Positions 1 through 9,808 of a stretch of DNA of 64,000 nt are shown one piece after another. Source of the stretch: a bacterium. GTDB lineage: Bacteria > Electryoneota > Electryoneia > Electryoneales > Electryoneaceae. Positions within the stretch are counted from its first letter, which is position 1; every line of letters begins with the position of its first letter. Both the position numbers and the translations under genes were made by a program. The DNA lies in the NCBI GenBank assembly GCA_963675295.2, contig CAXXKJ010000002.1:2400001-2464000 (forward strand), in the 5' to 3' direction. The notes under the pieces were generated by a model. It did not search any database. It was not told where the DNA came from and saw only the letters and a program-made list of their open reading frames with translations.

Positions 1-7
1 AAACAAA

Positions 8-1234
8 ATGAAAATCGAAGAGCTGAATAAACGGGCTCGTGACCTCGGTGTCGAGGGGTACAGCGGGTTTCCGCGGAAGCAGCTCATTTTCAAGATTCTC
101 GAAAGCCAGGCGCAGAAGGAAGGCCTGATTTTCGGGAGCGGCGTGCTGGAAATTCTGCCTGACGGGTATGGATTCCTGCGCAACGCCTCATCGAACTATG
201 TGCCGGGGCCGGACGACATTTATGTCAGCCCGTCCCAGATCAAGCGTTTCGGCTTGCGCAAGGGGCACATTGTCGCGGGGCAGATCCGACCGCCGAAGGA
301 GAACGAGCGTTTCTTCGCGCTGCTCAAGGTGGAGGCGGTGAACTTTGAATCTCCGGAACGAGTTCGCGATTCGATCCTGTTCCAGAACCTGACCCCGCTG
401 CATCCCGACGAGCGCATCCGTCTCGAGTACAATCCCCGCGATATTTCAACCCGCATCATTGACATGTTCACGCCGGTCGGCAAGGGCCAGCGTGGGTTGA
501 TCGTCGCGCCGCCACGTACGGGTAAGACGGTTCTATTGCAGGAGATCGCTCACGCGATTGAAGCGAACCATCCGGAGATTTACCTGATCGTGCTACTGAT
601 CGATGAGCGTCCGGAAGAAGTCACCGACTTCCAGCGGAACATCAAGAGCGAAGTGATTTCGTCCACGTTTGACGAGAAGCCGGAACGCCACATCCAGGTG
701 TCCAGCATGGTCAGCGAGATGGCGAAGCGGTTGGTCGAACACGGCCGCGACGTGGTCATCCTGCTCGACAGTATCACTCGTCTCGCACGTGCGCACAACA
801 CCGTCGCCCCGCACTCGGGCCGGATTCTGTCCGGTGGTGTGGACGCGACCGCGTTGCACGAACCGAAGAAATTCTTCGGCGCCGCGCGTAATATTGAAAA
901 TGGCGGTTCGTTGACCATCCTCGCGACGGCGTTGATCGAGACCGGTTCGCGCATGGATGAAGTCATTTTCGAAGAGTTCAAGGGCACGGGCAACATGGAG
1001 CTGGCGCTCGACCGCAAGCTCAGTGACGCCCGCATCTACCCGGCACTCGACATTAACCGCAGCGGCACGCGCAAGGAAGAGCGCATTCTCGACGAACACG
1101 TGCTCAACCGTGTCTGGATCCTGCGCAACATGCTCAGCGATTACAGCCCAATGGACACGATGAAGTTCCTCCGTGACAAGGTGCGTAACTCCGACAACAA
1201 TGAGGAATTCCTCGGCAGCATGTCGAAGTCGTAA
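8..1234 (+). CDS. rho: Transcription termination factor Rho (true start may lie just upstream of the window)
   Basis: [14 protein letters not shown] and [15 protein letters not shown]-binding motifs, Walker [30 protein letters not shown]; frame is open to the window edge. Confidence 0.98.
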   Translation: MKIEELNKRARDLGVEGYSGFPRKQLIFKILESQAQKEGLIFGSGVLEILPDGYGFLRNASSNYVPGPDDIYVSPSQIKRFGLRKGHIVAGQIRPPKENERFFALLKVEAVNFESPERVRDSILFQNLTPLHPDERIRLEYNPRDISTRIIDMFTPVGKGQRGLIVAPPRTGKTVLLQEIAHAIEANHPEIYLIVLLIDERPEEVTDFQRNIKSEVISSTFDEKPERHIQVSSMVSEMAKRLVEHGRDVVILLDSITRLARAHNTVAPHSGRILSGGVDATALHEPKKFFGAARNIENGGSLTILATALIETGSRMDEVIFEEFKGTGNMELALDRKLSDARIYPALDINRSGTRKEERILDEHVLNRVWILRNMLSDYSPMDTMKFLRDKVRNSDNNEEFLGSMSKS

Positions 1235-1274
1235 CTCCGATTGCTTTTTCGCCCAGGGAACGGCGTAGCATAAG

Positions 1275-1308
1275 AACAGGCCATTTCAGCGATGAAATGG
1301 CCTGTTTT
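1275..1308 (+). terminator. Intrinsic terminator after rho, possibly bidirectional
   Basis: AACAGGCCATTTCA-GCGA-TGAAATGGCCTGTT perfect stem ending in a T-run. Confidence 0.85.
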
Positions 1309-1438
1309 GTATCTGCGAAACTGGGATTCCTACCCGCAAACGGCAGTCATGACACCCGACTTGGAAATACACGCCAAGTCGGGCGAGGCAATCCGTGGAT
1401 TCCCTGGTTCAGAGTGTGGTATCGAGGAGTTTCGCGGT

Positions 1439-2533
1439 TCAGTCGGGTGTTTCGGACGAGGTTTTTGCGGTGCGGACGATATCGCTGAACTTGAGCCGCA
1501 TCGCGAACAGGCTGATCACTCCCCAGAGGGTCAGCGTGAGGTAGTTCATCGCGTGCATCACGGTGGCGAAGATGACGCCCATGCCTTCCGGAACGTCGAA
1601 CCACGACAGGCCGAGCAGGACCGCCGCGTGATAGGTGCCGACACCACCCGGAGCGGAAGGGATCGCAAAGCCGAGCGAGGTGATGACCGTCATCGCTGCC
1701 GCCGGCATCCATGCCTGCCCGGCGAGGGCGGGGTAGGTGCCGTTGGTCAGCTGGAACGCGTCGAGTACGAGTTTCATCGTGGCGATGTAGCAGACCCAGA
1801 GCGCCAGGGTCGACCACAGTACATGGATCATTGCCATCGGCGACTTCAACACTGACAGGCCTTCGACAAGGCTGAGCACCGTTTCGCCGATCTTACGCAC
1901 GACCTTCCCACGTTTTGCGATTGCCTGGTGCCAGCGTGTCAAACGATCCACAGATTTTGCGAGCAAAAGCGATACGACCAGCACGAGCAGCACGCCACCC
2001 GCGAAGCTGAGTCCGACAGTCTGCAGCCAGTCCGGAAACGGGAAGAGGAAGGTGACGACGCCGAACACGATCCCAAGTCCGGCCATGTCAAAGACTCGTT
2101 CGGCGACAACGGTGGTCAAGACTGCCGCGCGGGAGACGCCGGACCGTTGCGCGACAATCACGGCGCGCAGCAGTTCGCCGGCCCGGAGCGGGAGCACGTT
2201 GTTCAGCAGATAGCCGACGTTGACGCCGTGAAACACGGTCCAATACGGTGCCGGGCCGATCTGGTTGATGATCAGTTGCCAGCGCCAGGAGCGCAGAAAC
2301 AGGGTGGCCATCAGCAGCAGGACGCCGAGCAGGGCAGGGGTGAGGTTGAGCGACGACCAGGCGGTGTGCAGGTCGGCGAGACCGATGCGCGAGTCCCCGA
2401 ACAAGGCGTCGAGCAGGCCGAGTTCACCCGTGAAGAATTTCCCAAGATGAGGGCTGAAAAGGACGAGGTAGACGAGGACGATGCTGATCGCGAACCCGAT
2501 CAGCGGTTGCAGTCGCTTCAGCAGACGTTTCAT
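1439..2533 (-). CDS. Lysylphosphatidylglycerol-synthase TM domain / UPF0104 flippase-like membrane protein
   Basis: RSWRW, NNVLPLRAGELLR, ERVFD, PSAPGGVG motifs; many TM helices. Confidence 0.88.
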   Translation of the reverse strand: MKRLLKRLQPLIGFAISIVLVYLVLFSPHLGKFFTGELGLLDALFGDSRIGLADLHTAWSSLNLTPALLGVLLLMATLFLRSWRWQLIINQIGPAPYWTVFHGVNVGYLLNNVLPLRAGELLRAVIVAQRSGVSRAAVLTTVVAERVFDMAGLGIVFGVVTFLFPFPDWLQTVGLSFAGGVLLVLVVSLLLAKSVDRLTRWHQAIAKRGKVVRKIGETVLSLVEGLSVLKSPMAMIHVLWSTLALWVCYIATMKLVLDAFQLTNGTYPALAGQAWMPAAAMTVITSLGFAIPSAPGGVGTYHAAVLLGLSWFDVPEGMGVIFATVMHAMNYLTLTLWGVISLFAMRLKFSDIVRTAKTSSETPD

Positions 2534-3186
2534 CGTAAATCAAACACGGTCGCGCTCTCCGGCGGCGTGTACTGAAACCGTGAATCCTCGAGTTGGACGT
2601 TCATTTCGACGTCGGTCAGCTGGTACACGGTCTGGTTGCCGGCATCATCGCGGAACGAGATCCGTTGGGTGATCCAGCGTGTGCCGTCAATGGTGACGGT
2701 GACATCGCTGACACCCAGTCCCTGTTGCTTTGGGGATAAGGTCAGTTCGTAAACATCCTCGCTGGTCTGTTTGACCGCGGCGACGTTGAACTGTTTCGGG
2801 AAATCGAACAGGAAGTCGCGTGGCAGGGAACCGGGATCGGCCTCGGCAGCGTTCTCGACAATCGCCTGGTCGCTGCCGGTGTTGTAGCGCCACAGGGTGT
2901 TGCCGTCGCAGGCAACGACCTGGTGGTCAGTCTGGTAAAGGAAACGGTCATCCCCGGCGAGCAGCATTGAACCTTCGCTGACCTCGGTTTCACCCGCCAG
3001 TCCCCACTGGAATTCCTGCCGGAAGGAGGCGGAGAAGGTGTCCATCTTCTCGTAGGTTTTCTGCACCTTGCGTATGATCTCGTCGCCGGACGGTGGCTTG
3101 GCAACGCTGGAGGAAATCGCGCTGAACGTGGCGAGGGCCACGGCCAGCAGTGTGACGACAACGCGGTGCGCACGTGTGGTTTTCAT
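2530..3186 (-). CDS. lolA: Outer-membrane lipoprotein carrier LolA
   Basis: Signal peptide, SASFRQE, VACDGNTLWRY, C-terminal F.YTPP; conserved ftsK-lolA synteny. Confidence 0.85.
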   Translation of the reverse strand: MKTTRAHRVVVTLLAVALATFSAISSSVAKPPSGDEIIRKVQKTYEKMDTFSASFRQEFQWGLAGETEVSEGSMLLAGDDRFLYQTDHQVVACDGNTLWRYNTGSDQAIVENAAEADPGSLPRDFLFDFPKQFNVAAVKQTSEDVYELTLSPKQQGLGVSDVTVTIDGTRWITQRISFRDDAGNQTVYQLTDVEMNVQLEDSRFQYTPPESATVFDLR

Positions 3187-3196
3187 GCCGCCATCC

Positions 3197-5614
3197 TCAC
3201 TCGGATTCGCCTTCCAGATTGATCAGGAACGAATCCACCTGGTCTTCGCTGATGTAGACTTCACGGGCCTTGGAGCCTTCGAACGGGCCGACGACGCCGG
3301 CCATCTCGAGCTGGTCGAGCAGGCGTCCCGCGCGGCTGTAGCCGATCTTCAGCCGACGCTGCAGCAACGATACGGACCCTTGCTGGTGACGCGCTACGAC
3401 TTTCACCCCTTCGGGGAACAAAGGATCCCGGTCGCCGGCGAGGTCGCCTCCGCCGCCGGATCCGCCGCCTTCTTCTTCCGGCGACTTCAGTTCAACCTGC
3501 TTGACGAACGCCGGTTGCTTGCGCACATGCGCGATCAACTTGTGGACTTCATCGGTTGAGATGAATGCCCCGTGGAAGCGGATCGGTGTCGGGGACGCGT
3601 TGGACAGGAACAAACCATCGCCGCTGCCGAGCAGTTTTTCCGCGCCAGCCCGGTCGAGGATGGTGCGGCTGTCGATCTTGGACGCGACCATGAACGCGAT
3701 CCGTGCCGGGAAATTGGCTTTGATCACGCCGGTGATGACGTCCACGGATGGGCGTTGCGTCGCGACGATCAGGTGTATCCCGACGGCGCGTGCCATCTGC
3801 GCAAGACGGGCGATCGGTTCCTCGACCTCGCGCGCGGCGACGATCATCAGGTCGGCGAGTTCGTCGATGATGACCACGATGTGCGGCAGCGGCTTCAACG
3901 GTTCGTTGTCGCCATTTCCGTTACCGTTGCCGTCGTCGCCATTCCCATTGTCCTTCGCTTCCTTGAGCCGGTCCTGCACGATCTTGTTGAACTCTTTCAG
4001 GTTGCGCGCGCCGGTTTCGGCGAGCAGATCGTAGCGGCGTTCCATCTCGAGCACGACGGATTGCAGCAACGCGACGGCGTTCTTCGGCTCGGTGGCGATG
4101 ACCTCGTTCAACGCTTCGAGGAACAGCAGGTGATGGCGTCGAAGCTCGGAATAGGCGCTGAGTTCGATCTTCTTCGGGTCGATCATCACCAGCTGGACTT
4201 CGTCCGGCCGGTTGCGCATCAGAATGCTGGCGATAACGGTGTTGATGCAGACCGATTTACCGGAACCGGTGGTCCCGGCGATCATCAGGTGCGGCATTTT
4301 GCCGAGGTCGACGATGAGTTCGTCCCCCTGCGCCGTCTTGCCGAGGGCGATGGAGAGGGGACGGCGTGTCGAGGCCCACTCGGCGGACTCGATGATGTCT
4401 CGCAGGTAGACGACGTCTGCGCTCTCGTTCGGGACTTCGATCCCGACCGCGCCTGCGCCGGGTATGGGTGCGATGATGCGGACCGCGACGGCGGAGAGGC
4501 TCATCGCGAGGTCGTCCGCGAGGTTCGAGATGCGGCTGACTTTAACGCCCTTGGACGGCCGCAGGTCATAGCGTGTGATGACTGGGCCGGGGTGGATCGC
4601 GACGACATTGGCCGCGACGCCGTAATCGCTGAGGCGTTCCTCGAGTTCCTTTGCCCGGCTGCGGAGCTCGTTCTCGTCCCACTCGACTTCGCCCGTGTCT
4701 TCCGAGGCAACCAGCAGCTCGGAGGAGGGGAGGACAAAGTCCTCGGGACGGGCCTTCGGGTCGCCATTCAAATCCTTCGGACCGGTCTTTTTGTCGGATT
4801 CTGCTGGTGTTCGCACGATCTCCGGCATGCCCGACTTGAATTCGTCCCAGTCGGCTTCGTCGTCGTCCAGGTCAAGGTCGAGATTGTCCGATGGAGGCGG
4901 ATCGGGCGGAGATTTCTTGCCGGGTGCGACCTTGGGTTCCGGTTTCGGACGGATCTTCGGTTTCGGTTTGCGTTCCGGCAGCTTGATCATGCTCGCGAGC
5001 GCGGCGAGGCCGGCGCCGGTAACATGCAGGATGTCGCCCCAGCTGATGCGGAGCACGAGGGTGATGTGGATCAGTGTCAACGCCGCCAGCAGCAGCGCCG
5101 CGCCGGTGATGCCGAGGAAATTGACCAGCAGGGTTTGCAGCCCGATCCCGATCAGGCCGGTCATCTCGGAGGAGTCGGGCATGCCCTGTACCAGGCGCAC
5201 CCATGACCAGATGGCGACGGCGAGGATGCTCGCGGTGAGGATCGGGAGCAGTTGGCGCTTGAGGATACGCTGCCCTTTGCCGCGCAGCAGATCGAGCCCG
5301 CCGTAGAAAAGGAACAGTGGCAGGATCAGCGACAGGAACCGTCCGAAGGTAAATTCGGAGAGGTAGAAGGCGATGTTCGCTCCGAACGGACCGAGCAGGT
5401 TTTGCACTTCCGATCCGGTGCGGCTACCCTTGGGGAAGTCATGGGCATTGTAGCTGAGCAGCGCGACGGTGATCATCGCCGCGAGAGTGATCAGCACGAT
5501 GCCAAAGACATCCTTGACCCGCGAGCCGTCGGAACCTGATCCCTTTTTGGCTTTCGAGACAGGTTTCTTTTTCGCAGGCTTTCGTTGCGTAGCTTTGGTC
5601 TTCGCTTTCGGCAT
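3197..5614 (-). CDS. ftsK: DNA translocase FtsK
   Basis: N-terminal TM domain, PHLMIAGTTGSGKS, IIDELADLM, ATQRPSVDVITG, gamma domain LQRRLKIGYSRAGRL. Confidence 0.97.
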   Translation of the reverse strand: MPKAKTKATQRKPAKKKPVSKAKKGSGSDGSRVKDVFGIVLITLAAMITVALLSYNAHDFPKGSRTGSEVQNLLGPFGANIAFYLSEFTFGRFLSLILPLFLFYGGLDLLRGKGQRILKRQLLPILTASILAVAIWSWVRLVQGMPDSSEMTGLIGIGLQTLLVNFLGITGAALLLAALTLIHITLVLRISWGDILHVTGAGLAALASMIKLPERKPKPKIRPKPEPKVAPGKKSPPDPPPSDNLDLDLDDDEADWDEFKSGMPEIVRTPAESDKKTGPKDLNGDPKARPEDFVLPSSELLVASEDTGEVEWDENELRSRAKELEERLSDYGVAANVVAIHPGPVITRYDLRPSKGVKVSRISNLADDLAMSLSAVAVRIIAPIPGAGAVGIEVPNESADVVYLRDIIESAEWASTRRPLSIALGKTAQGDELIVDLGKMPHLMIAGTTGSGKSVCINTVIASILMRNRPDEVQLVMIDPKKIELSAYSELRRHHLLFLEALNEVIATEPKNAVALLQSVVLEMERRYDLLAETGARNLKEFNKIVQDRLKEAKDNGNGDDGNGNGNGDNEPLKPLPHIVVIIDELADLMIVAAREVEEPIARLAQMARAVGIHLIVATQRPSVDVITGVIKANFPARIAFMVASKIDSRTILDRAGAEKLLGSGDGLFLSNASPTPIRFHGAFISTDEVHKLIAHVRKQPAFVKQVELKSPEEEGGGSGGGGDLAGDRDPLFPEGVKVVARHQQGSVSLLQRRLKIGYSRAGRLLDQLEMAGVVGPFEGSKAREVYISEDQVDSFLINLEGESE

Positions 5615-5743
5615 GGAATCCCAGAGTTGTCCGCGCCTAAGGTAGGGAGACCCTGCTCACCCCGCAAGCAGTGGAACGCTGGTGTGGGTAACCCTGTGAC
5701 AGTCTATATTCCGGACAGGTTTGACGAAACAGAACGTGCACCC

Positions 5744-6328
5744 ATGCGCAGGCATCTGGCAAATGTACTCACATCACTACGGTTCCCGCTGACCGCGTTG
5801 TTCCTGTACGGCTGGCTGCAACCGGAGCCCTACTGGCACCTGACGGCGACGGGAGCGTTTTTCGTTGGCATGCTGACGGACTTCCTCGATGGTCTGATAG
5901 CGCGCCGGATGATGACGGTGAGCAAGGTCGGCAGCTTCCTCGATCCGCTCGCGGACAAGGTGATGGTGGTCGCCGGGTTCTACGCGATCTTCGCGACACC
6001 GGGTTTCGCCTGGGGAGCTTGGAAATTGTGGATCGCGATTGCGCTGGGGCTGATTGTGCTGCGGGAACTGGGGATCACGGTGCTGCGTTCCGTAAAGGTG
6101 CGGTCAGACACGCCGGTTCAAACCTCGTACCTCGGCAAGGTGAAGACGACGGTGCAGATGGTGACATTGATCGTTGCCTTCCTCGGCCTCAACTTGCGTG
6201 AGTTCAGCAGTTTGCAGCTGAGCTGGTTCGAAACCCTGATCGGATTCGGGGTGATTGCGAGTGCCCTGATTGCGACCATCAGCGGCACCATCTACCTGCA
6301 GGGCGCGAAACAGACGAGTACAGTATGA
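5744..6328 (+). CDS. pgsA: CDP-alcohol phosphatidyltransferase (PgsA-like)
   Basis: ANVLTSLR, TDFLDGLIARR...GSFLDPLADK signature, GKVKTTVQM; start moved to ATG 5744. Confidence 0.85.
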   Translation: MRRHLANVLTSLRFPLTALFLYGWLQPEPYWHLTATGAFFVGMLTDFLDGLIARRMMTVSKVGSFLDPLADKVMVVAGFYAIFATPGFAWGAWKLWIAIALGLIVLRELGITVLRSVKVRSDTPVQTSYLGKVKTTVQMVTLIVAFLGLNLREFSSLQLSWFETLIGFGVIASALIATISGTIYLQGAKQTSTV

Positions 6329-9318
6329 CGGTTCACAGAGCTGGACTTCCCACCTGGTTGGTCTCCTTCGTACAAAAATCGAGCATGGTTCGTGGTCTCC
6401 TGGCGGCAGCGCTTGTGATGCTTATTGCCGGTCAGGCGAGCGCACGACTCTATCCCTCAGAGTTTCGCTGGATGGAATTCCGTTCCGGCAATGTGCTGGT
6501 CTATTACCCGCAGGGGTATGACTCGCATGCGAAGATGCTTGCGCTCAGCGGGCATACGTGGCTCGACAGCCTCGATTCGTGGTACGAGACCCGTCCGAAC
6601 TACGCGCGCATCGTGCTCAATCCGGAGAAGGACCGCAGCGAGGCGATGGCGGTGATCAACCCGACCCGGATCGAGTTGCCGATCGCGCCGGTGCTGGACA
6701 AGGGGATTCGTCCACAGGGCTCGCTGTACCTCGATCGTGTCACCGCGCACGAGTTGACGCATGTGTACCAGATGGGGCTGCGTACCGGAATCAGCCGCTA
6801 CTTGTGGCCAGTGTTCGGCGAGGCGATTGCTCCGGCGGCGCTGGCACCGGACTGGTTGCTTGAGGGGCAGGCGATCTGGACGGAATCGGTGGATGGCGGT
6901 GGACGGCTCCATTCGTCGTACCAGAGCATGATCATGCGTACGCAACTGGCGCAGCATGGCAAATTCTGGCCATTAGACCGCAATGCCGCAGCCGGACGAG
7001 TGAACCCGCCATTGAACCGGGCGTACACGGGCGGCGCGTTCCTGTACGGGTCGATGGCGTCCGAGTACCTCGGGTACCGTCACATCAACGATCTGATGGC
7101 GGAGCAGGCAGCGTGGCCCGGGTTGATGGATTGGAACTTCCGCCGCGCCTACATCGGCCGTACGGTCAGCGATCACTGGACCGCGATGGAGCGGGCGTGG
7201 CGTGACCAGCTTCGTCCCCGGATGCAGCGGCTGTATCAGTTGGGGTATGCGGTCGGGACACGATTGCTCGAGGCTCCGCGTACGTCCTACCGCCACCCGC
7301 AATGGACGGTCGAAGGCGAACTGGTGGTAAGCGAGGATTCATATGATCGCCCTAACCGTGTGGTGATGCTGTCGCAGGGGCCGGACTATGCTGAACGGCC
7401 GGTCGCGTGGACGGGATATTCGGCGCATGAGGGCGTGTCGCCGTTCCTCGAAGGGGTGATCGTGTCGGAGATCCGGCGTGACCTGTGGACGGCGGAGAAA
7501 ACGGAATCGGTGCTGGTGCTGGTGACCCGGGATGGACGTGTCAGCGACATGGCGGAGGGTGGCCTCAACGGTTGGGCGCCGGCGTTTCACACCGAATCGA
7601 TGCGATTGGCCTACGTCGGTCCACTTGAGGGCGGAGGCATGGGGCTGTGGGTCGCACCGCTGGGCATCAACGGCAAGGTGACGGGCGAAGCGGTGCTGCA
7701 CATGAGCACGATCCTCGGCTCAATCAACGACCCGGCGTGGAGCCAGGATGGCAAGCTGCTCGCGTTCGCGGCGGATCTTGGCGAAGGCGAGGCTGTGTAC
7801 GTGCTCGAGCTGGCGAAGCACAAAATGACGCGGGTCCGGATCGAGGGAGCGAATGCAACGTGGGATCCATCGTTCGGGCCGGGACGGAACTTGTGGGTGT
7901 CGGCGGACCGGGACGGCATCTTCAACCTGTACGAAGTCGAGCTGGATTCCGTTAGCGCGACAAAACGCACACGTGTGATCACCGGCGCAATGGAACCGGC
8001 GGTGTCTGCGGATGGCAGCCGTGTCGCGTATTCGCACTATACCAGCGACGGATTCTCGACGGCGTTGCTGGATTCCTCCCGTTGGTTGAACGATCCGGCG
8101 GGTGTGCAGGTGGAAGCGATCTCGGTGGCGGCGTTCGCAGAGCAGGATTCGTTGTTGAATCCCGTCGTGTTCGGGGAAACGTGGACCTATTCACCGCTGT
8201 CGCACCTGAAACCGAACTACGCGATGCCGGTCTACGCCAACGGCGACGAGGCCGGGGTCGGGCTCAGCGTGTACGGACGCGATCCAGTCGGGTTGCTGTC
8301 GTGGAGTGTGACGAGCCGGTTGGGCCTGGAATCTTCCCAACCGGATCTTGCTGCGACGGTCACCTATCGCGACCTGCCGGTGGATGTGTCGTTAAGCGTG
8401 ATTAACTACCCCGATGAATATCCGGAGTGGTCGCGGGCGACGGACGGAAACGGAAACCCGGTCGCGGTGCGGGACTATGTCTGGAAACGGCAGTGGGATT
8501 CCGGGTTGACCGCGTATCAGCCAATGTACTTCGACCACGGCCCGTGGCGAACCTCGGCGGTCCCGTTCGCCGGGCTGACCCATCGCATGCGCTACATCCA
8601 GACATCGCTCGATAAGGGCCTGGAAACGGCCGGGTATCTCGGAATCCGGCTGGGTGGAACGGTGACGCGGTATTTCTCGGCGTTACGAGATCCGGTACCG
8701 AGCCACCTGGAGTCGTTCCGGGTGATGGCGGAGGGCAATCTGCCCGGCCCGGAGCTTGAGGCGGAACTGCTGGAACTCAGCGCGCGCAAGCATGTGCCGG
8801 GACCGTTCACGAGCACGGTGTTCTCGTTCCGGGCGGCGGCGCAGATCCGGAATGGAGACCTGGACTTTTCGCGCTCGAGCGTGCGTCCGCGCGGCTACAG
8901 CGACGATAGCCTGCCGACGGCGTTGAAGGCCAACGGACGGATGGCGCTGGCCGGTGCGGAGTTTCATTTCCCGCTGTTGTATGTCGATCGTGGCTGGCCG
9001 GGATCGGGAACCATCTTTGTCGAACGGTTGACCGGATCGGTGTTCGCGGACGGCGCTACCGGCTGGGGCGGGGATTTGTCGATACCGGACTGGGCGGATG
9101 AGTATGGTGTTGCATCGTTTGGCGCAACGGTCGGCTTGCGCGGCTACCTGCTGTTCCAGGCGGAAACGCAGGTCGATGTGGGGGTTGCGTGGCGCACCGA
9201 ATACCAGAACGCGGCGGTGTTTGTCAACCTCAGCTTCCCGGAATTGTTTGCATTTGTCAACGATGCGCCTGACTGGCGGGATCTGACCCGTCGTCCCGCA
9301 CGGGGAGTGGGGCATTGA
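6325..9318 (+). CDS. Large exported/outer-membrane protein: HExxH zincin-like domain + PD40/TolB-like propeller + C-terminal Omp85-like barrel
   Basis: Signal peptide (start may be ATG 6385), AHELTHVY...PDWLLEG, PAWSQDG/PAVSADG repeats, VRPRGY and AEFHFPL barrel motifs. Confidence 0.7.
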   Translation: MTVHRAGLPTWLVSFVQKSSMVRGLLAAALVMLIAGQASARLYPSEFRWMEFRSGNVLVYYPQGYDSHAKMLALSGHTWLDSLDSWYETRPNYARIVLNPEKDRSEAMAVINPTRIELPIAPVLDKGIRPQGSLYLDRVTAHELTHVYQMGLRTGISRYLWPVFGEAIAPAALAPDWLLEGQAIWTESVDGGGRLHSSYQSMIMRTQLAQHGKFWPLDRNAAAGRVNPPLNRAYTGGAFLYGSMASEYLGYRHINDLMAEQAAWPGLMDWNFRRAYIGRTVSDHWTAMERAWRDQLRPRMQRLYQLGYAVGTRLLEAPRTSYRHPQWTVEGELVVSEDSYDRPNRVVMLSQGPDYAERPVAWTGYSAHEGVSPFLEGVIVSEIRRDLWTAEKTESVLVLVTRDGRVSDMAEGGLNGWAPAFHTESMRLAYVGPLEGGGMGLWVAPLGINGKVTGEAVLHMSTILGSINDPAWSQDGKLLAFAADLGEGEAVYVLELAKHKMTRVRIEGANATWDPSFGPGRNLWVSADRDGIFNLYEVELDSVSATKRTRVITGAMEPAVSADGSRVAYSHYTSDGFSTALLDSSRWLNDPAGVQVEAISVAAFAEQDSLLNPVVFGETWTYSPLSHLKPNYAMPVYANGDEAGVGLSVYGRDPVGLLSWSVTSRLGLESSQPDLAATVTYRDLPVDVSLSVINYPDEYPEWSRATDGNGNPVAVRDYVWKRQWDSGLTAYQPMYFDHGPWRTSAVPFAGLTHRMRYIQTSLDKGLETAGYLGIRLGGTVTRYFSALRDPVPSHLESFRVMAEGNLPGPELEAELLELSARKHVPGPFTSTVFSFRAAAQIRNGDLDFSRSSVRPRGYSDDSLPTALKANGRMALAGAEFHFPLLYVDRGWPGSGTIFVERLTGSVFADGATGWGGDLSIPDWADEYGVASFGATVGLRGYLLFQAETQVDVGVAWRTEYQNAAVFVNLSFPELFAFVNDAPDWRDLTRRPARGVGH

Positions 9319-9328
9319 ACGGCAGGTG

Positions 9329-9385
9329 TGAGTGATGAGTGGTGAGTAAAAGACAGTCTTGAGTCCTGAGTCTTGAGTCTTGAGA
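9329..9385 (+). repeat. Two heptamer tandem arrays (TGAGTRR x3; TGAGTCY x3 plus partial)
   Basis: Read directly at 9329-9349 and 9360-9385. Confidence 0.9.
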
Positions 9386-9403
9386 AAAAACGAAAGACAA
9401 TGA

Positions 9404-9487
9404 CCACAGACTACAGGCCACAGGCCACAGGCCACAGACCACAGACCAAAGACCAAAGACCAAAGACCAAAGACCAAAGACCAAAGA
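9404..9487. repeat. 12-unit heptamer tandem repeat (CCACAGR grading into CCAAAGA x6)
   Basis: Read directly; 7-bp period. Confidence 0.95.
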
Positions 9488-9575
9488 TAAAACCACCATT
9501 CCGGGGTGAGTTGGACGGGTTTCAGACTGCGAATCGTATCGTAATCCCCGGAGATTAGACGATGATGCCAACCGG

Positions 9576-9715
9576 GTCATTCTGACGCCGCGTCTGTGTT
9601 CGGCGGAAGAAGAGCCAGCTTATCAACCAGCAGGCCTGATAATCGCAGATGACCATTCAGTCCACCTGAGCGAATCAGGCTCTTCCTCACGTCGCTTCGT
9701 TCCGTTCGGAATGAC
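9576..9715. repeat. REP/REPIN-like inverted pair, GTCATTCYGA family
   Basis: Left arm GTCATTCTGA...GAAGAAGAGCC (9576-9616); right arm GGCTCTTCCTC...TCGGAATGAC (9678-9715); related copies at 15696 and 50353. Confidence 0.85.
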
Positions 9716-9808
9716 GCATCCAGGAATCAACCACTTGTCTGGAAACGAAATGCCGCGCTTGCAGATTGCGAGCACGGCACAATACTCCCTGGATTGATAA
9801 CCCAAGCC

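Noticed and set aside
3572-5206. Long antisense ORFs (also 24484-26088, 32850-34004, 40147-41403, 10574-11632)
   Set aside because: Shadow frames opposite well-conserved genes, expected from GC-rich codon bias; no recognisable motifs.
8683-9580. ORFs with LVFGLWS repeats
   Set aside because: These are translations of the heptamer tandem repeat and overlap a real gene on the other strand.
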